Assembly: GCA_014469095.1 (NCBI GenBank)
Contig: GCA_014469095.1_4330.1
Source of the DNA: a phage
Direction: 5' to 3' (one strand)
Length of the DNA: 45,007 bases
Each line of letters opens with the position of its first letter. Position 1 is the first letter of the stretch. The notes under the pieces were generated by a model that was given only the letters and a program-made list of their open reading frames with translations, did not search any database and was not told where the DNA came from. Made by a program: the position numbers and the translations under genes. This document shows positions 36,278-44,722 of this stretch, piece by piece.

Positions 36278-36305
36278 TTATTCCAACATGCAAGGCAACT
36301 ATTCC
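36278..36305. repeat. Repeat block TTATTCCAACAT plus CAACTATTC, copy 1
   Basis: Both short motifs recur at 37045-37072, flanking the spanin genes. Confidence 0.5.
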
Positions 36306-36562
36306 AGAATATTCCTCACGTAATCCTGCAACATAAACACTTTCAGCCTCAGTTGCCGTACACATTCAGCGTTCTGAACGTCGATAGCTAAATCTTCGTC
36401 GGCATCGCTACTCGGCGGTGCCAGCTTGCACGGCGGCTGCATCATCGTCGTATCCGGGGATGGAGTTGGCGTTTGCGACGGCGCGGGACTTGAGCTGCAC
36501 GCGCTCAGGGTCAAAAGCGCACACACTGCGACCAGGCGTTTTAATGTACTTAACGACTTCAC
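36299..36562 (-). CDS. Rz1: o-spanin (Rz1-like outer-membrane lipoprotein), overlapping the Rz gene in the +1 frame
   Basis: ORF track; GTG start with SD GAGGTGA; signal peptide ending in lipobox LSAC; Pro-rich mature region; starts inside the Rz gene and extends past it. Confidence 0.65.
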   Translation of the reverse strand: MKSLSTLKRLVAVCALLTLSACSSSPAPSQTPTPSPDTTMMQPPCKLAPPSSDADEDLAIDVQNAECVRQLRLKVFMLQDYVRNILE

Positions 36563-36794
36563 GGGTGATCACCTCTGATTTCGTCTTGCCTTCGTTGTCA
36601 GCGGCTGCGGCCTTTGATTCGTCCTGCTGCTGCCGTTGTGTTTTCTTAGTCATCTCGGCCTGTGCTTTCTGCTGTTGCTGAGAAACGAGATTCGCCCGGC
36701 CTTCGTTCCAGCCGATGCGGTACTGGTAGATGCCGTGTGTGTAAGCCAGGATGATGAAACATGCTCCCGCTACGACAGTTGCTTTAAGATTCAT
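36408..36794 (-). CDS. Rz: i-spanin (Rz-like inner-membrane protein)
   Basis: ORF track; N-terminal TM helix then a Gln/Lys/Ala-rich helical periplasmic region; SD AAGGAG; carries the embedded lipoprotein gene. Confidence 0.65.
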   Translation of the reverse strand: MNLKATVVAGACFIILAYTHGIYQYRIGWNEGRANLVSQQQQKAQAEMTKKTQRQQQDESKAAAADNEGKTKSEVITREVVKYIKTPGRSVCAFDPERVQLKSRAVANANSIPGYDDDAAAVQAGTAE

Positions 36795-37044
36795 GTTTCT
36801 CCTTTCTCGATAAGTAAAGCCCCGCCTTAAAGCGGGGCGCTAGTCCTTATCATTTAAACATAGAAACGGCGTAATCTCAGTAAACCAGTTACTTTTTACA
36901 CAAGCAATAGAGTATGGCCCGTCCGAACGCGTCAGCGTAACTACACTCAGGACTTACGTCCCGCTCCGTTACCTGCCCGCGCCGCGGTCGCTTGTTCATA
37001 CTTCACAAGCTCAGGTGGAGCTTATCATATTTTTAGTGAAAAGT

Positions 37045-37072
37045 CAACTATTCGAATAGTTTATTCCAACAT
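37045..37072. repeat. Perfect 16-bp palindrome AACTATTCGAATAGTT followed by TTATTCCAACAT, copy 2
   Basis: The palindrome carries the CTATT/AATAG half-sites of the promoter core in everted order; lies upstream of the spanin genes and of the 37114 promoter. Confidence 0.5.
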
Positions 37073-37113
37073 TTACAATTGAGCGGAATAACTGGAATAA
37101 GTAAATAAATAGT

Positions 37114-37142
37114 TTGCACACCCCAATATAATAGGGTACTAT
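37114..37142 (+). promoter_or_regulatory. Sigma70-like promoter, type A (TTGCAC-N17-TACTAT)
   Basis: TTGCAC-ACCCCAATATAATAGGG-TACTAT-TCAG, then SD GCAGGAGGTG. Confidence 0.65.
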
Positions 37143-37169
37143 TCAGTTAACTTAAGCAGGAGGTGAAAA

Positions 37170-37373
37170 ATGTATGCAATTTGCGAAGTAGTTCAAGAGT
37201 TCGATGAAGAGTTCGACGGTGACTTGTGCCGTGTTAAAAAGGTTCTGCAGGTTTTCCCTGACGTAAACTCCGCTAACAAGGCATTAGAGCTATTCGAACC
37301 TGGAAGATATGGGGATTATGACACTGTTCTGAGGGTGGTGCATGAACAGAAATTAGGTACAAAATTCCGTTGA
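37170..37373 (+). CDS. Hypothetical acidic protein, 67 aa (single-gene cassette)
   Basis: ORF track; own promoter and terminator, opposite in orientation to the surrounding head genes. Confidence 0.6.
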   Translation: MYAICEVVQEFDEEFDGDLCRVKKVLQVFPDVNSANKALELFEPGRYGDYDTVLRVVHEQKLGTKFR

Positions 37374-37377
37374 AAAC

Positions 37378-37401
37378 TAAGGCCCCGTAATGGGGCCTTT
37401 T
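37378..37401. terminator. Bidirectional intrinsic terminator (AAGGCCCC family)
   Basis: AAGGCCCC-GTAAT-GGGGCCTT then TTAT. Confidence 0.7.
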
Positions 37402-37402
37402 A

Positions 37403-37861
37403 TCAGTCTGGCTTAGTGACCTTCGCTGCTTTACTGACGGCCGCTACACCATCGGCATCGGTAACTTTAACGAAGTATTCACCGACCGCGTTAACCGTCA
37501 GAGACAAAGCCTCTTCGGGCGCGTTTACTACTTCCTTGCCGTCTTTGTACCAGGCCAGTGCATAGGGGGATTTACCCGCCTTAACTTCGACAGTGATAGT
37601 TGCGCTGCCATCTGCCAGTTCAACGTCCTGCGGTTGTACAGAGAAATACACATCGCCTGCGTCAGCCAGATACGGGATTTCATAAAGCATACCCGCCGCT
37701 GGTAGCGCAATGCCAGTCTTGTCTGCAAACGGCATATCGTCTACTGGTGTACCAAGTACACTTTCGTCTTCAATAAACACCACGTTCTCACCAGAGCCAG
37801 ACACGCGGGCGTACTGGACTACGCGACGCGAAGGTACATCAGTTACTTTGAAAAAGCCCAT
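37403..37861 (-). CDS. Ig-like domain structural protein, 152 aa
   Basis: ORF track; YALAWYKDGKEV...GEYFVKV is an Ig-like motif. Confidence 0.5.
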   Translation of the reverse strand: MGFFKVTDVPSRRVVQYARVSGSGENVVFIEDESVLGTPVDDMPFADKTGIALPAAGMLYEIPYLADAGDVYFSVQPQDVELADGSATITVEVKAGKSPYALAWYKDGKEVVNAPEEALSLTVNAVGEYFVKVTDADGVAAVSKAAKVTKPD

Positions 37862-37864
37862 AAA

Positions 37865-38908
37865 CTAAACCTCTTTCAGATAATCAGCAACACGTTTATC
37901 GAGTTCCGCCATCTCTTTAATAGTCAGCTGACGCCCGAAACCATCTACAGATATTACGCGAAACTCTTCCGGCGATATACCGCTGTTACGGAAAATCTTA
38001 CCTCGCACCGGGCCGAGTGCTTCATCCACGAACCATGCCGGTTGTTGTTTAAGGAACTCGTAATAGGTGGTGTCCGCGCTTACCTGAGTACCGCCGTCCG
38101 CGCCCTTAGCCGCTCGTTTTGCGCCTTTATCGAGGAAGTCGAACTCTGAACTGATTACCGGCGCAGTGGTACTTCGACAGTTCGGATGTGCTGGGGGCAT
38201 CGGCCCTTTTCCAATCGCCCACGTCATTCCGTCTCTGGCTCTGCAAATCGTACTGGTACGGCTGTCCAGCGTCGACACCCATTCGTATTTCTCGATGATG
38301 TCGCCGTTCTGCCGGTACGTCTCGTTACGTGCTTCGTTGGATACATGAGACAGCGCGGTGCGTATTACGGTAGCCGCGTTACGTTCTGAGATGTCCGCCA
38401 GCCCACCAGCACCAACAACATTCTTAACAATCTGTCGTGTGGTTTGGCCTTGTACAAAGCCCATCTTAACGCCAGTTACCAGGCGCGCGACCTCCGCTTC
38501 ACCCCAGCCAGACATCAGCTTAGTGAAATCAACAGGCTTGTCACTTAATGATAGCGGCTGAAATTCGGCGGCAGCCCACACCTGCTCGGCGGTAGGCGTA
38601 ACAAATTCTGCGTCTACGTTGGCGGTCAGTGTCTTTACATTCCACTCAGCCTCATACGCCGCCAGCTCCTTGAGGTCTTCTGTCAGCTTTGTTTGCCAGT
38701 CGCCTGTAAGCCCGGTTAGTGCTTCTTCTAGGTCGCGTAACAGTTTATTCAGGCGCGCTGTGCTGCGACCGTCGTCACCGAATAGCAGTACCTGCCGTTT
38801 GATTTCGTCTCGCATTTCCTGAATGAACGGTGCGAGGTCTTTCACTTCACCTGATGCGGTGCGTTGCAGCCATATCTGGTGGCTGATTAGCGATGTAAGT
38901 AAGCTCAT
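37865..38908 (-). CDS. Head morphogenesis protein, MuF / SPP1 gp7-like
   Basis: ORF track 37865..38968; ATG at 38908 with SD AGGAGG; C-terminal AHPNCRST resembles the recalled MuF motif; sits downstream of the portal. Confidence 0.65.
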   Translation of the reverse strand: MSLLTSLISHQIWLQRTASGEVKDLAPFIQEMRDEIKRQVLLFGDDGRSTARLNKLLRDLEEALTGLTGDWQTKLTEDLKELAAYEAEWNVKTLTANVDAEFVTPTAEQVWAAAEFQPLSLSDKPVDFTKLMSGWGEAEVARLVTGVKMGFVQGQTTRQIVKNVVGAGGLADISERNAATVIRTALSHVSNEARNETYRQNGDIIEKYEWVSTLDSRTSTICRARDGMTWAIGKGPMPPAHPNCRSTTAPVISSEFDFLDKGAKRAAKGADGGTQVSADTTYYEFLKQQPAWFVDEALGPVRGKIFRNSGISPEEFRVISVDGFGRQLTIKEMAELDKRVADYLKEV

Positions 38909-38952
38909 ATGCCCTCCTGTGGTATCGCCAGTGTAACGCATAAAAATAATAT

Positions 38953-38981
38953 TTGCAGACACCAACATAATAGGGTACTAT
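38953..38981 (+). promoter_or_regulatory. Sigma70-like promoter, type A (TTGCAG-N17-TACTAT)
   Basis: TTGCAG-ACACCAACATAATAGGG-TACTAT-TCAT. Confidence 0.6.
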
Positions 38982-39016
38982 TCATTGCATCGAAACGAGA
39001 GATAAGGAATTTAGAA

Positions 39017-39298
39017 ATGGCTAAATATTCAAACAGTGATTTATATCTTACATGTGTATGTGTTGATAGCGTTCAGGTAGAGTGTGTCGCTCAGGAGTGG
39101 ACTTCCAGTGAAGAAGATATATTTAAAATAGGGCGCAAGTATTGGCTACACCACGGGTGGTTGACTAGACCTAACGGGGACTCCGATGTGGAACTTTGGT
39201 GGGTAGAGTATCGCGGGCGCTCGTATATCTGTTGGCCCGAAACGAAAAACGGCGCCACCAGTTACACCGCTACCAGCACTGGATTTACATTTGTATAG
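39017..39298 (+). CDS. Hypothetical Cys/Trp-rich protein, 94 aa (single-gene cassette)
   Basis: ORF track 38909..39298; ATG at 39017 with SD AAGGAA; own promoter and terminator between the portal and head-morphogenesis genes. Confidence 0.6.
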   Translation: MAKYSNSDLYLTCVCVDSVQVECVAQEWTSSEEDIFKIGRKYWLHHGWLTRPNGDSDVELWWVEYRGRSYICWPETKNGATSYTATSTGFTFV

Positions 39299-39303
39299 AT
39301 AAA

Positions 39304-39330
39304 AAGGCCCCTTATGGGGCCTTAATTTTA
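39304..39330. terminator. Bidirectional intrinsic terminator (AAGGCCCC family)
   Basis: AAGGCCCC-TTAT-GGGGCCTT then AATTTTA. Confidence 0.75.
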
Positions 39331-39345
39331 TCTCTGTTGTTGGTC

Positions 39346-40824
39346 TTACGCAGGCAGCGCTTCCTGCTGTGCCGACTGCGGAATCTCTCCTGCTACCTGA
39401 GCAACAGCACCTAACGGCAGCGGCGCGTCCTCAATAGCGTTCTGAATGTCCTCGTCAGTCCAGTCAGTTATCCCCGCCTTGCGCAACGCAGCGTAGTAAG
39501 CGGTAGCCGGTAACAGGCCAGCGTTAATATCCGCCATCCACTGAGCGCGTTCCTGAGCGGTCATTGGTTGCAGGAAGAACTCCATATTCAGCTTGAACTC
39601 AATCTCTGTGCCTTCACGCAGCCCCAGCATCGCCGCTACCCAGCGCAACGCATCGGTATACGCCATGCTTACGTTACGTGCGATTGTTGCCATAACGGAC
39701 GTATCAGCACCGCGTTGTAGACGGGCCGATTCAGCGGTGATTTGCTGCGTCGGGGTGATAAGCTGCGCACCAATCTGGATGGCCTGATTCTCTTTATCCA
39801 GCATGTTCTGCTTGGCAAGGTTGTTCTCTCCTGCCTGAACCAGAAACGCATTACCGCCGTAACCAATGTTATGGCCTGAACGCGACCCCATGCGCACGCC
39901 GTGTGGGTTGGCTTCTTTCCACTGTTCCATGCTCATGTTCTCGCCCGGGGCGATGAACAGCGTGGGCTGACCTACAACGAAGCTGGACTCCTCATTGTCC
40001 GCGCTGTTTCGGAAATGTCCGATATTTAGCTCGGCCAACGGCAGCAAAGGTGCATCATCTATAGTGGCGTCGTTGTTGCTCGCCCCAATGAACGTGAACG
40101 GGATTTTGCCGCGTAACTGTTCGCCGAGTTCCGGGAAGATTTCGATTACTTCATCCTGAGCGCCACCTTCGGCATCGAAGCGGTAAATGCGCTGGCGGTA
40201 ACGGCCTTCAATCAGGTCGAGGACACGATATTGCTCGCCGAACTTTGTTTCGAACTCTGCGCCAGGTTCTGAGTATTCCCATACCTCACGCAACACGACC
40301 ATCGTCACGCGGTTAACGGATCCGATGCGGGTGAGTCTCCAGTTGATAATGTTCTCCGCGGTATAGAATGCGATTACCGGGTTTAATAATCCCGCGTTCT
40401 GCTCTGCCGCCGTTGCTGCGGCTGTTTCCGGGGCGTCCACCAGCAACCCGCCACGGCCTATCGAGTTAATCTCCATCAGCGTATCCTGCGCGTGCTGCCA
40501 CAGCCCGACACCTGAACCGTCAGCGTTGTGCAACAGGTACTCAAGTTCAGGCGGGATAATCTGCTCAGGGTCTTTGCGCATCACTGACCCCGTCATCCCC
40601 GCCAGCGTGCGTTTGGTGAAATTGTAGCAGATAGCGCCGTTCTCATATTCTTCCTGTCGCTGTGCTGCGTAGGTCTGGTCAGGCTCGTTCTTCCCGACGT
40701 TGCGCAGATAGCGGATAAGGTCGCCTTCAAGAGCGTGGCGTACCTTCTGCCATTTATCGAAGTGATGCAGCCATTCCCGGTGTTTTGTCTTAACACCCTG
40801 ATTCTGACCGTTCATAGTTAACAT
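39346..40824 (-). CDS. Portal protein
   Basis: ORF track; 492 aa, immediately downstream of the terminase large subunit. Confidence 0.75.
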   Translation of the reverse strand: MLTMNGQNQGVKTKHREWLHHFDKWQKVRHALEGDLIRYLRNVGKNEPDQTYAAQRQEEYENGAICYNFTKRTLAGMTGSVMRKDPEQIIPPELEYLLHNADGSGVGLWQHAQDTLMEINSIGRGGLLVDAPETAAATAAEQNAGLLNPVIAFYTAENIINWRLTRIGSVNRVTMVVLREVWEYSEPGAEFETKFGEQYRVLDLIEGRYRQRIYRFDAEGGAQDEVIEIFPELGEQLRGKIPFTFIGASNNDATIDDAPLLPLAELNIGHFRNSADNEESSFVVGQPTLFIAPGENMSMEQWKEANPHGVRMGSRSGHNIGYGGNAFLVQAGENNLAKQNMLDKENQAIQIGAQLITPTQQITAESARLQRGADTSVMATIARNVSMAYTDALRWVAAMLGLREGTEIEFKLNMEFFLQPMTAQERAQWMADINAGLLPATAYYAALRKAGITDWTDEDIQNAIEDAPLPLGAVAQVAGEIPQSAQQEALPA

Positions 40825-40836
40825 TGAATAATCCTC

Positions 40837-42108
40837 TTAAAGTGCGAAAGTCACCGGGACGTTAATAACTGGTTTGCGAATCGGCATTTCATACGCGATA
40901 GGGTATGTGGTTCCATCATTCTGGTGGTCCACGCCCCCGGATTTATCCGGTTCGCCGTTCTTGTCGTAGGCTTGCTGTTCCAGGCATCGCGCCGTAACTG
41001 GGCAGGCCTGTTCATTAATCATGACCATACCAGATTCAAGCGCCTTATTCATCGCCGCTACGCGGTCTTTAACCGGTGGGTTTGTCGATTTAGCGCGCAC
41101 TTCGAAGCCGGCCTGCTGTAACTGGGCAATATCAGATGTGCTGGCGTTGTTACTTTTACGGTTTTTACCGCTTGCGTCGGGGTACATAACGATATAGTGG
41201 CCCTTACTTTTCCAGCGCTCTGTTACGGCTCTCACCACATCGGGCGTATCGAACATATCCACCAACTCGGCGACTGCATGCCAGACTTTGCCACGTTGCA
41301 CGTAAACTGTACTAGCCATGTGGCCTACGTTAAAGTCCTGCCCGATATACAGAGTCTCGCCTGGTTTTATTGTTTCGCGGCTGCTGTTTTTCCTGCGGTC
41401 ATAGGCGTAATAGACAGTCCCCGCCGTCAGGTTGACGAACTCGCCGTTGATGTAGGCGTCAATCAACTGACCTGGGTATGTGTCGCGTAACGACTGCACA
41501 TAATCTTCTGGCAGGAACGGGTTAGACAGGGTGGACGCCTGAATCATCTCGTAGCCTGGATTCTTTTTGACTACCCAGCGGTCATGTACGAAACGGAATC
41601 CTTCCGGGGTAGTGAACACGGAAACGGTATTAGCAGGTTTCGGTGTAATAGGTTTATATGTCCGCGGCAACTGGCGGTTACGGGCGATGACTTTGTTCCA
41701 CGCGTGCTCGGCGTGCTCCATGTTAAGGGTGTCCAACTCGTCGATTTTCGCACGAAACGATTCGTAGCCAACGATTCGTGCTGGATTATCAAGTGTACGC
41801 AGAACAAAATCCCCAAATTGTCCGGAAGACGTATAGATTATGTTGTCAGACTTGTTGTATTTGTACCGGATACCCCAGTCGGTGAGCTTTTCTTCCATAC
41901 GCGGTGCAAGGATGAGGCGCACCAGGTCATAAGTCGGCTCATACATGGCGATGATAGAATCGCTACCACCTTCCATGCTGTCGAGTAGTGCAGAGTTGCA
42001 CATAACTTCGGATTTACCCGTACCGAAGCCAGCTACGAATGCCGGAAACTTGCAATGCATACCGAGAAACGCGCCTTGCGGCTCCGTTGCCGTGATATTA
42101 ACGTTCAC
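40837..42108 (-). CDS. terL: Terminase large subunit
   Basis: ORF track; N-terminal Walker A-like AGFGTGKS; 423 aa; overlaps the upstream small-subunit gene. Confidence 0.8.
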   Translation of the reverse strand: MNVNITATEPQGAFLGMHCKFPAFVAGFGTGKSEVMCNSALLDSMEGGSDSIIAMYEPTYDLVRLILAPRMEEKLTDWGIRYKYNKSDNIIYTSSGQFGDFVLRTLDNPARIVGYESFRAKIDELDTLNMEHAEHAWNKVIARNRQLPRTYKPITPKPANTVSVFTTPEGFRFVHDRWVVKKNPGYEMIQASTLSNPFLPEDYVQSLRDTYPGQLIDAYINGEFVNLTAGTVYYAYDRRKNSSRETIKPGETLYIGQDFNVGHMASTVYVQRGKVWHAVAELVDMFDTPDVVRAVTERWKSKGHYIVMYPDASGKNRKSNNASTSDIAQLQQAGFEVRAKSTNPPVKDRVAAMNKALESGMVMINEQACPVTARCLEQQAYDKNGEPDKSGGVDHQNDGTTYPIAYEMPIRKPVINVPVTFAL

Positions 42109-42607
42109 CGGACACCACCTTAATTGTTACTTCGCTGATTGGCTCGTCGCGTACTTCTTCGGCGACAACTGTTTTATTCAGGCCCAGTTTCGCGGCAGCA
42201 AACGTAGCAGAGATGCCCGCGGCCCCCGTTTCAGTGAAGTATGCCTCTTCCAGCGCCTGTGCTGTCTCCCAGGCTTCTGCAAATGCGGGAATCTCCCGCA
42301 GCCAAAGCTTAATAATCGGGATAGTGACTCCGATGTGTAAGGCGAAGCGGGCCAGTGACGGTGGTTTATCCTGAATCAGCGGGCGTTCGTCACCCTTAGA
42401 CGTAGGCACAAGCTCCCACGACGTGCGGTCGAAGAACTCGATTAGTGCATCGCAATAGCCCGGGTCCCACAACGCGGCGGAATTACGGGATGATTGATAA
42501 AGGCTCTGTTTACCGCGCGGTCGTTTACGGCGACGGTTTGCGCTAACAGCTTCTTCATGTGCAGCTTGTACCACCTCTGGCGATGGCTGCTTAAGTTTCA
42601 GCTTCAT
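42098..42607 (-). CDS. terS: Terminase small subunit (putative)
   Basis: ORF track 42098..42646; ATG at 42607 or 42622; basic N-terminal region; overlaps the terL start. Confidence 0.5.
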   Translation of the reverse strand: MKLKLKQPSPEVVQAAHEEAVSANRRRKRPRGKQSLYQSSRNSAALWDPGYCDALIEFFDRTSWELVPTSKGDERPLIQDKPPSLARFALHIGVTIPIIKLWLREIPAFAEAWETAQALEEAYFTETGAAGISATFAAAKLGLNKTVVAEEVRDEPISEVTIKVVSGER

Positions 42608-42700
42608 AGAATCCCCTTGCATATGCGTCTGACCATCAGAGCGCACCAGACGCGCCCTACGCGTCTAAAGGGATTATATAAGGGGATTGGGCGGAATGTA

Positions 42701-42724
42701 CAGAAAAGCCCTCCGTAGAGGGCT
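42701..42724 (-). terminator. Intrinsic terminator between the early block and the terminase operon
   Basis: AGCCCTC-CGTA-GAGGGCT followed on the minus strand by TTTCTG. Confidence 0.5.
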
Positions 42725-42783
42725 TGTATCAGTTATATAGGCCGTGGCGTGGCGCTCGTTTACCGTCGCCGCCGTAATGGTCG

Positions 42784-43056
42784 TTAGCTACCGCTATAAC
42801 CCAGGCATTCGGAAAGACTAAAAGTTGCATTAAATTCCTCAAGGTCTATTTTACGAATACATGGTGAAAGGCAATCAGCGAAAACCAACTCACCAGAATC
42901 AATAACGACGAATCGCCAGCCTTTGAATATGTTCTCGGAAATACCCTCCGCAACTTCGCGTACATTAGGCATGTGTTCTGGGAAATCGTGGAAGTTTCTG
43001 GACAAAAATTCAAGTGCCTCACACCGGTTTATGTGGTAGTTATCATATTCAATCAT
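42784..43056 (-). CDS. Hypothetical protein, 90 aa
   Basis: ORF track. Confidence 0.5.
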   Translation of the reverse strand: MIEYDNYHINRCEALEFLSRNFHDFPEHMPNVREVAEGISENIFKGWRFVVIDSGELVFADCLSPCIRKIDLEEFNATFSLSECLGYSGS

Positions 43057-43313
43057 TCCCCGCTCTCCTCTCGCGCAATGCGTTGCTCTGTTTTAGTGAT
43101 ACCACGGCGCGTGAATAACACCGGGCTTGTCTTAACGTGCGTCATAAGGCGGTTATTATAAATTACATGGCGCTCGCATTTCACGTCTTTGCTGTACTTC
43201 GCAATCGTCATTTCGTTGAGGCCTGTTTGTCGGCACGTCTCCGCCATCGTGCCAAATTCTTTAATAAGGTTAGGAATGCTGGTAATCATCCTAAGAAATT
43301 CCTCGTCGTCCAC
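43053..43313 (-). CDS. Hypothetical protein, 86 aa, possible HTH
   Basis: ORF track; start overlaps the upstream stop. Confidence 0.5.
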   Translation of the reverse strand: MDDEEFLRMITSIPNLIKEFGTMAETCRQTGLNEMTIAKYSKDVKCERHVIYNNRLMTHVKTSPVLFTRRGITKTEQRIAREESGE

Positions 43314-43471
43314 ATCGCATTCGGATATTTGTTATCGCGGTCCTGCACTACGGCGACCATGTTGCCGCGTTGCACCAGGCAGAAGTGCCGTTGCTGCTCG
43401 CCGTTGTAGCGTCGCCAGATTGCCTCTTCGATTGCTGCGTTGATGTCACTGAACATTAGTATCTGCCCCAC
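43286..43471 (-). CDS. Hypothetical protein, 61 aa
   Basis: ORF track. Confidence 0.4.
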   Translation of the reverse strand: MGQILMFSDINAAIEEAIWRRYNGEQQRHFCLVQRGNMVAVVQDRDNKYPNAMWTTRNFLG

Positions 43472-43543
43472 AGAAACCCAACCAATAGTCCGATGAAGTA
43501 ACTAAGACCGACCAGGCCAATAACAACCTCAAGACTCATACTC

Positions 43544-43744
43544 TTACCCCACTATCTCATCACCGAGCCACGCCGTTTCTCGTATATCATCGACCACACA
43601 GGCAGCATGCTCACGGCTAATTGCAAAAATGTAGAAGCTGAACTTCTTCCCGTCGGCGTCGATGTGGTTAACCGAGTATGGTTTCCACAGGACGCCATCA
43701 ATAACTACCGGTTCAGGCGCTTTCATCTTCTGGTCCGACAACAT
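43544..43744 (-). CDS. Hypothetical protein, 66 aa
   Basis: ORF track. Confidence 0.45.
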   Translation of the reverse strand: MLSDQKMKAPEPVVIDGVLWKPYSVNHIDADGKKFSFYIFAISREHAACVVDDIRETAWLGDEIVG

Positions 43745-44003
43745 TGTCGTACAGCGGGATTATCACATCAGCCCCATCCTTTGAAGCTGCGGTTGCCGTG
43801 TTGTAATAAGCCAGCGAAGAACTGTCTTCACCGACGAACAACCCCGCGTACACGTTCGGTTCTTGCGTCTTAATAGCCAGTAACTCCTTAAACGCCTCCA
43901 GTTGAAACTCACCGTTAATTGACAGTTGCCCGCCTAACGTCTGTTTCTCTGACTCAAGGACCAGAATACGACGCTCAAGTGACGCGATTGTGATTTTAGG
44001 CAT
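43713..44003 (-). CDS. Hypothetical protein, 96 aa
   Basis: ORF track. Confidence 0.5.
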   Translation of the reverse strand: MPKITIASLERRILVLESEKQTLGGQLSINGEFQLEAFKELLAIKTQEPNVYAGLFVGEDSSSLAYYNTATAASKDGADVIIPLYDNVVGPEDESA

Positions 44004-44227
44004 TATTCGGCTCCCTCATAAAAATCGCCATTTCGGTAATCCCCATCGAAATCGTCAGAAATAGCGCGCCCCTTGTTCATGTTGAAGCGGCTAATCAGCT
44101 CACGGCGGCGTTCCATAAGATTATCCACCTGCCGTAAGTGGTGTTCGATGTGGGTGTCAATCCACGCTATTTCAGATTCACCGGTCGCGGATTCGACGCA
44201 TGCTTTTTCATATTCGTTATTAGTCAT
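44003..44227 (-). CDS. Hypothetical acidic protein, 74 aa
   Basis: ORF track; start overlaps the upstream stop. Confidence 0.5.
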   Translation of the reverse strand: MTNNEYEKACVESATGESEIAWIDTHIEHHLRQVDNLMERRRELISRFNMNKGRAISDDFDGDYRNGDFYEGAE

Positions 44228-44382
44228 ACTTTACGCTCTCCCCACATGCGATTGAGATACTTGTTCTTGTCCGGCCCAGGGAAACTGTTACGTTTCATCA
44301 GTTCCTCGCGTGTCGGGAACGGGGTGTGGCTGACTTTACGGCCTACCCGTAGTGGTTGGCTTACTTGACCTTGTTCGCTCAT
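44224..44382 (-). CDS. Small ORF, 52 aa (MSEQGQVSQPLRVGRKVSHTPFPTREELMKRNSFPGPDKNKYLNRMWGERKV)
   Basis: Absent from the track; ATGA overlaps on both sides. Confidence 0.35.
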   Translation of the reverse strand: MSEQGQVSQPLRVGRKVSHTPFPTREELMKRNSFPGPDKNKYLNRMWGERKV

Positions 44383-44576
44383 TCTACAATCTCCCATTTA
44401 ACGCCGTGGAAGCCATCACCTTCATCGTTACCAAAGTCTATGAAAATACAGCAGTCGTCGTCGGAGTCTATATAACCGAAACCAGTAGCTGTCGGGTTGT
44501 ACACATCGTACACTTTACCCTCTGTCACATAGTCAAGGGCGGCTAACCAGAGAATTTTAGCGGCTTTAACTTTCAT
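44379..44576 (-). CDS. Hypothetical acidic protein, 65 aa
   Basis: ORF track. Confidence 0.5.
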   Translation of the reverse strand: MKVKAAKILWLAALDYVTEGKVYDVYNPTATGFGYIDSDDDCCIFIDFGNDEGDGFHGVKWEIVE

Positions 44577-44722
44577 TTCTTCTCTCCTGCATAAGCTGCT
44601 TTAAGTGTCTGCATCGCAGCGAACCAGAACGCGTCCGCTGGAATGCTGTTGCTCAGGTTACTAACTGCGATGCGCGCCATCAGTTGCGCGTCTTTGAATG
44701 CTTCGATATCTGTGATTTTCAT
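44573..44722 (-). CDS. Small ORF, 49 aa (MKITDIEAFKDAQLMARIAVSNLSNSIPADAFWFAAMQTLKAAYAGEKK)
   Basis: Absent from the track; overlapping start and stop with both neighbours. Confidence 0.35.
   Translation of the reverse strand: MKITDIEAFKDAQLMARIAVSNLSNSIPADAFWFAAMQTLKAAYAGEKK

Noticed and set aside
36217-36298. Promoter for the scaffold-capsid operon in the short gap after the spanin genes (a TTGACA is present on the minus strand)
   Set aside because: No acceptable -10 at 16-18 bp spacing; the scaffold gene is more likely co-transcribed with the spanins
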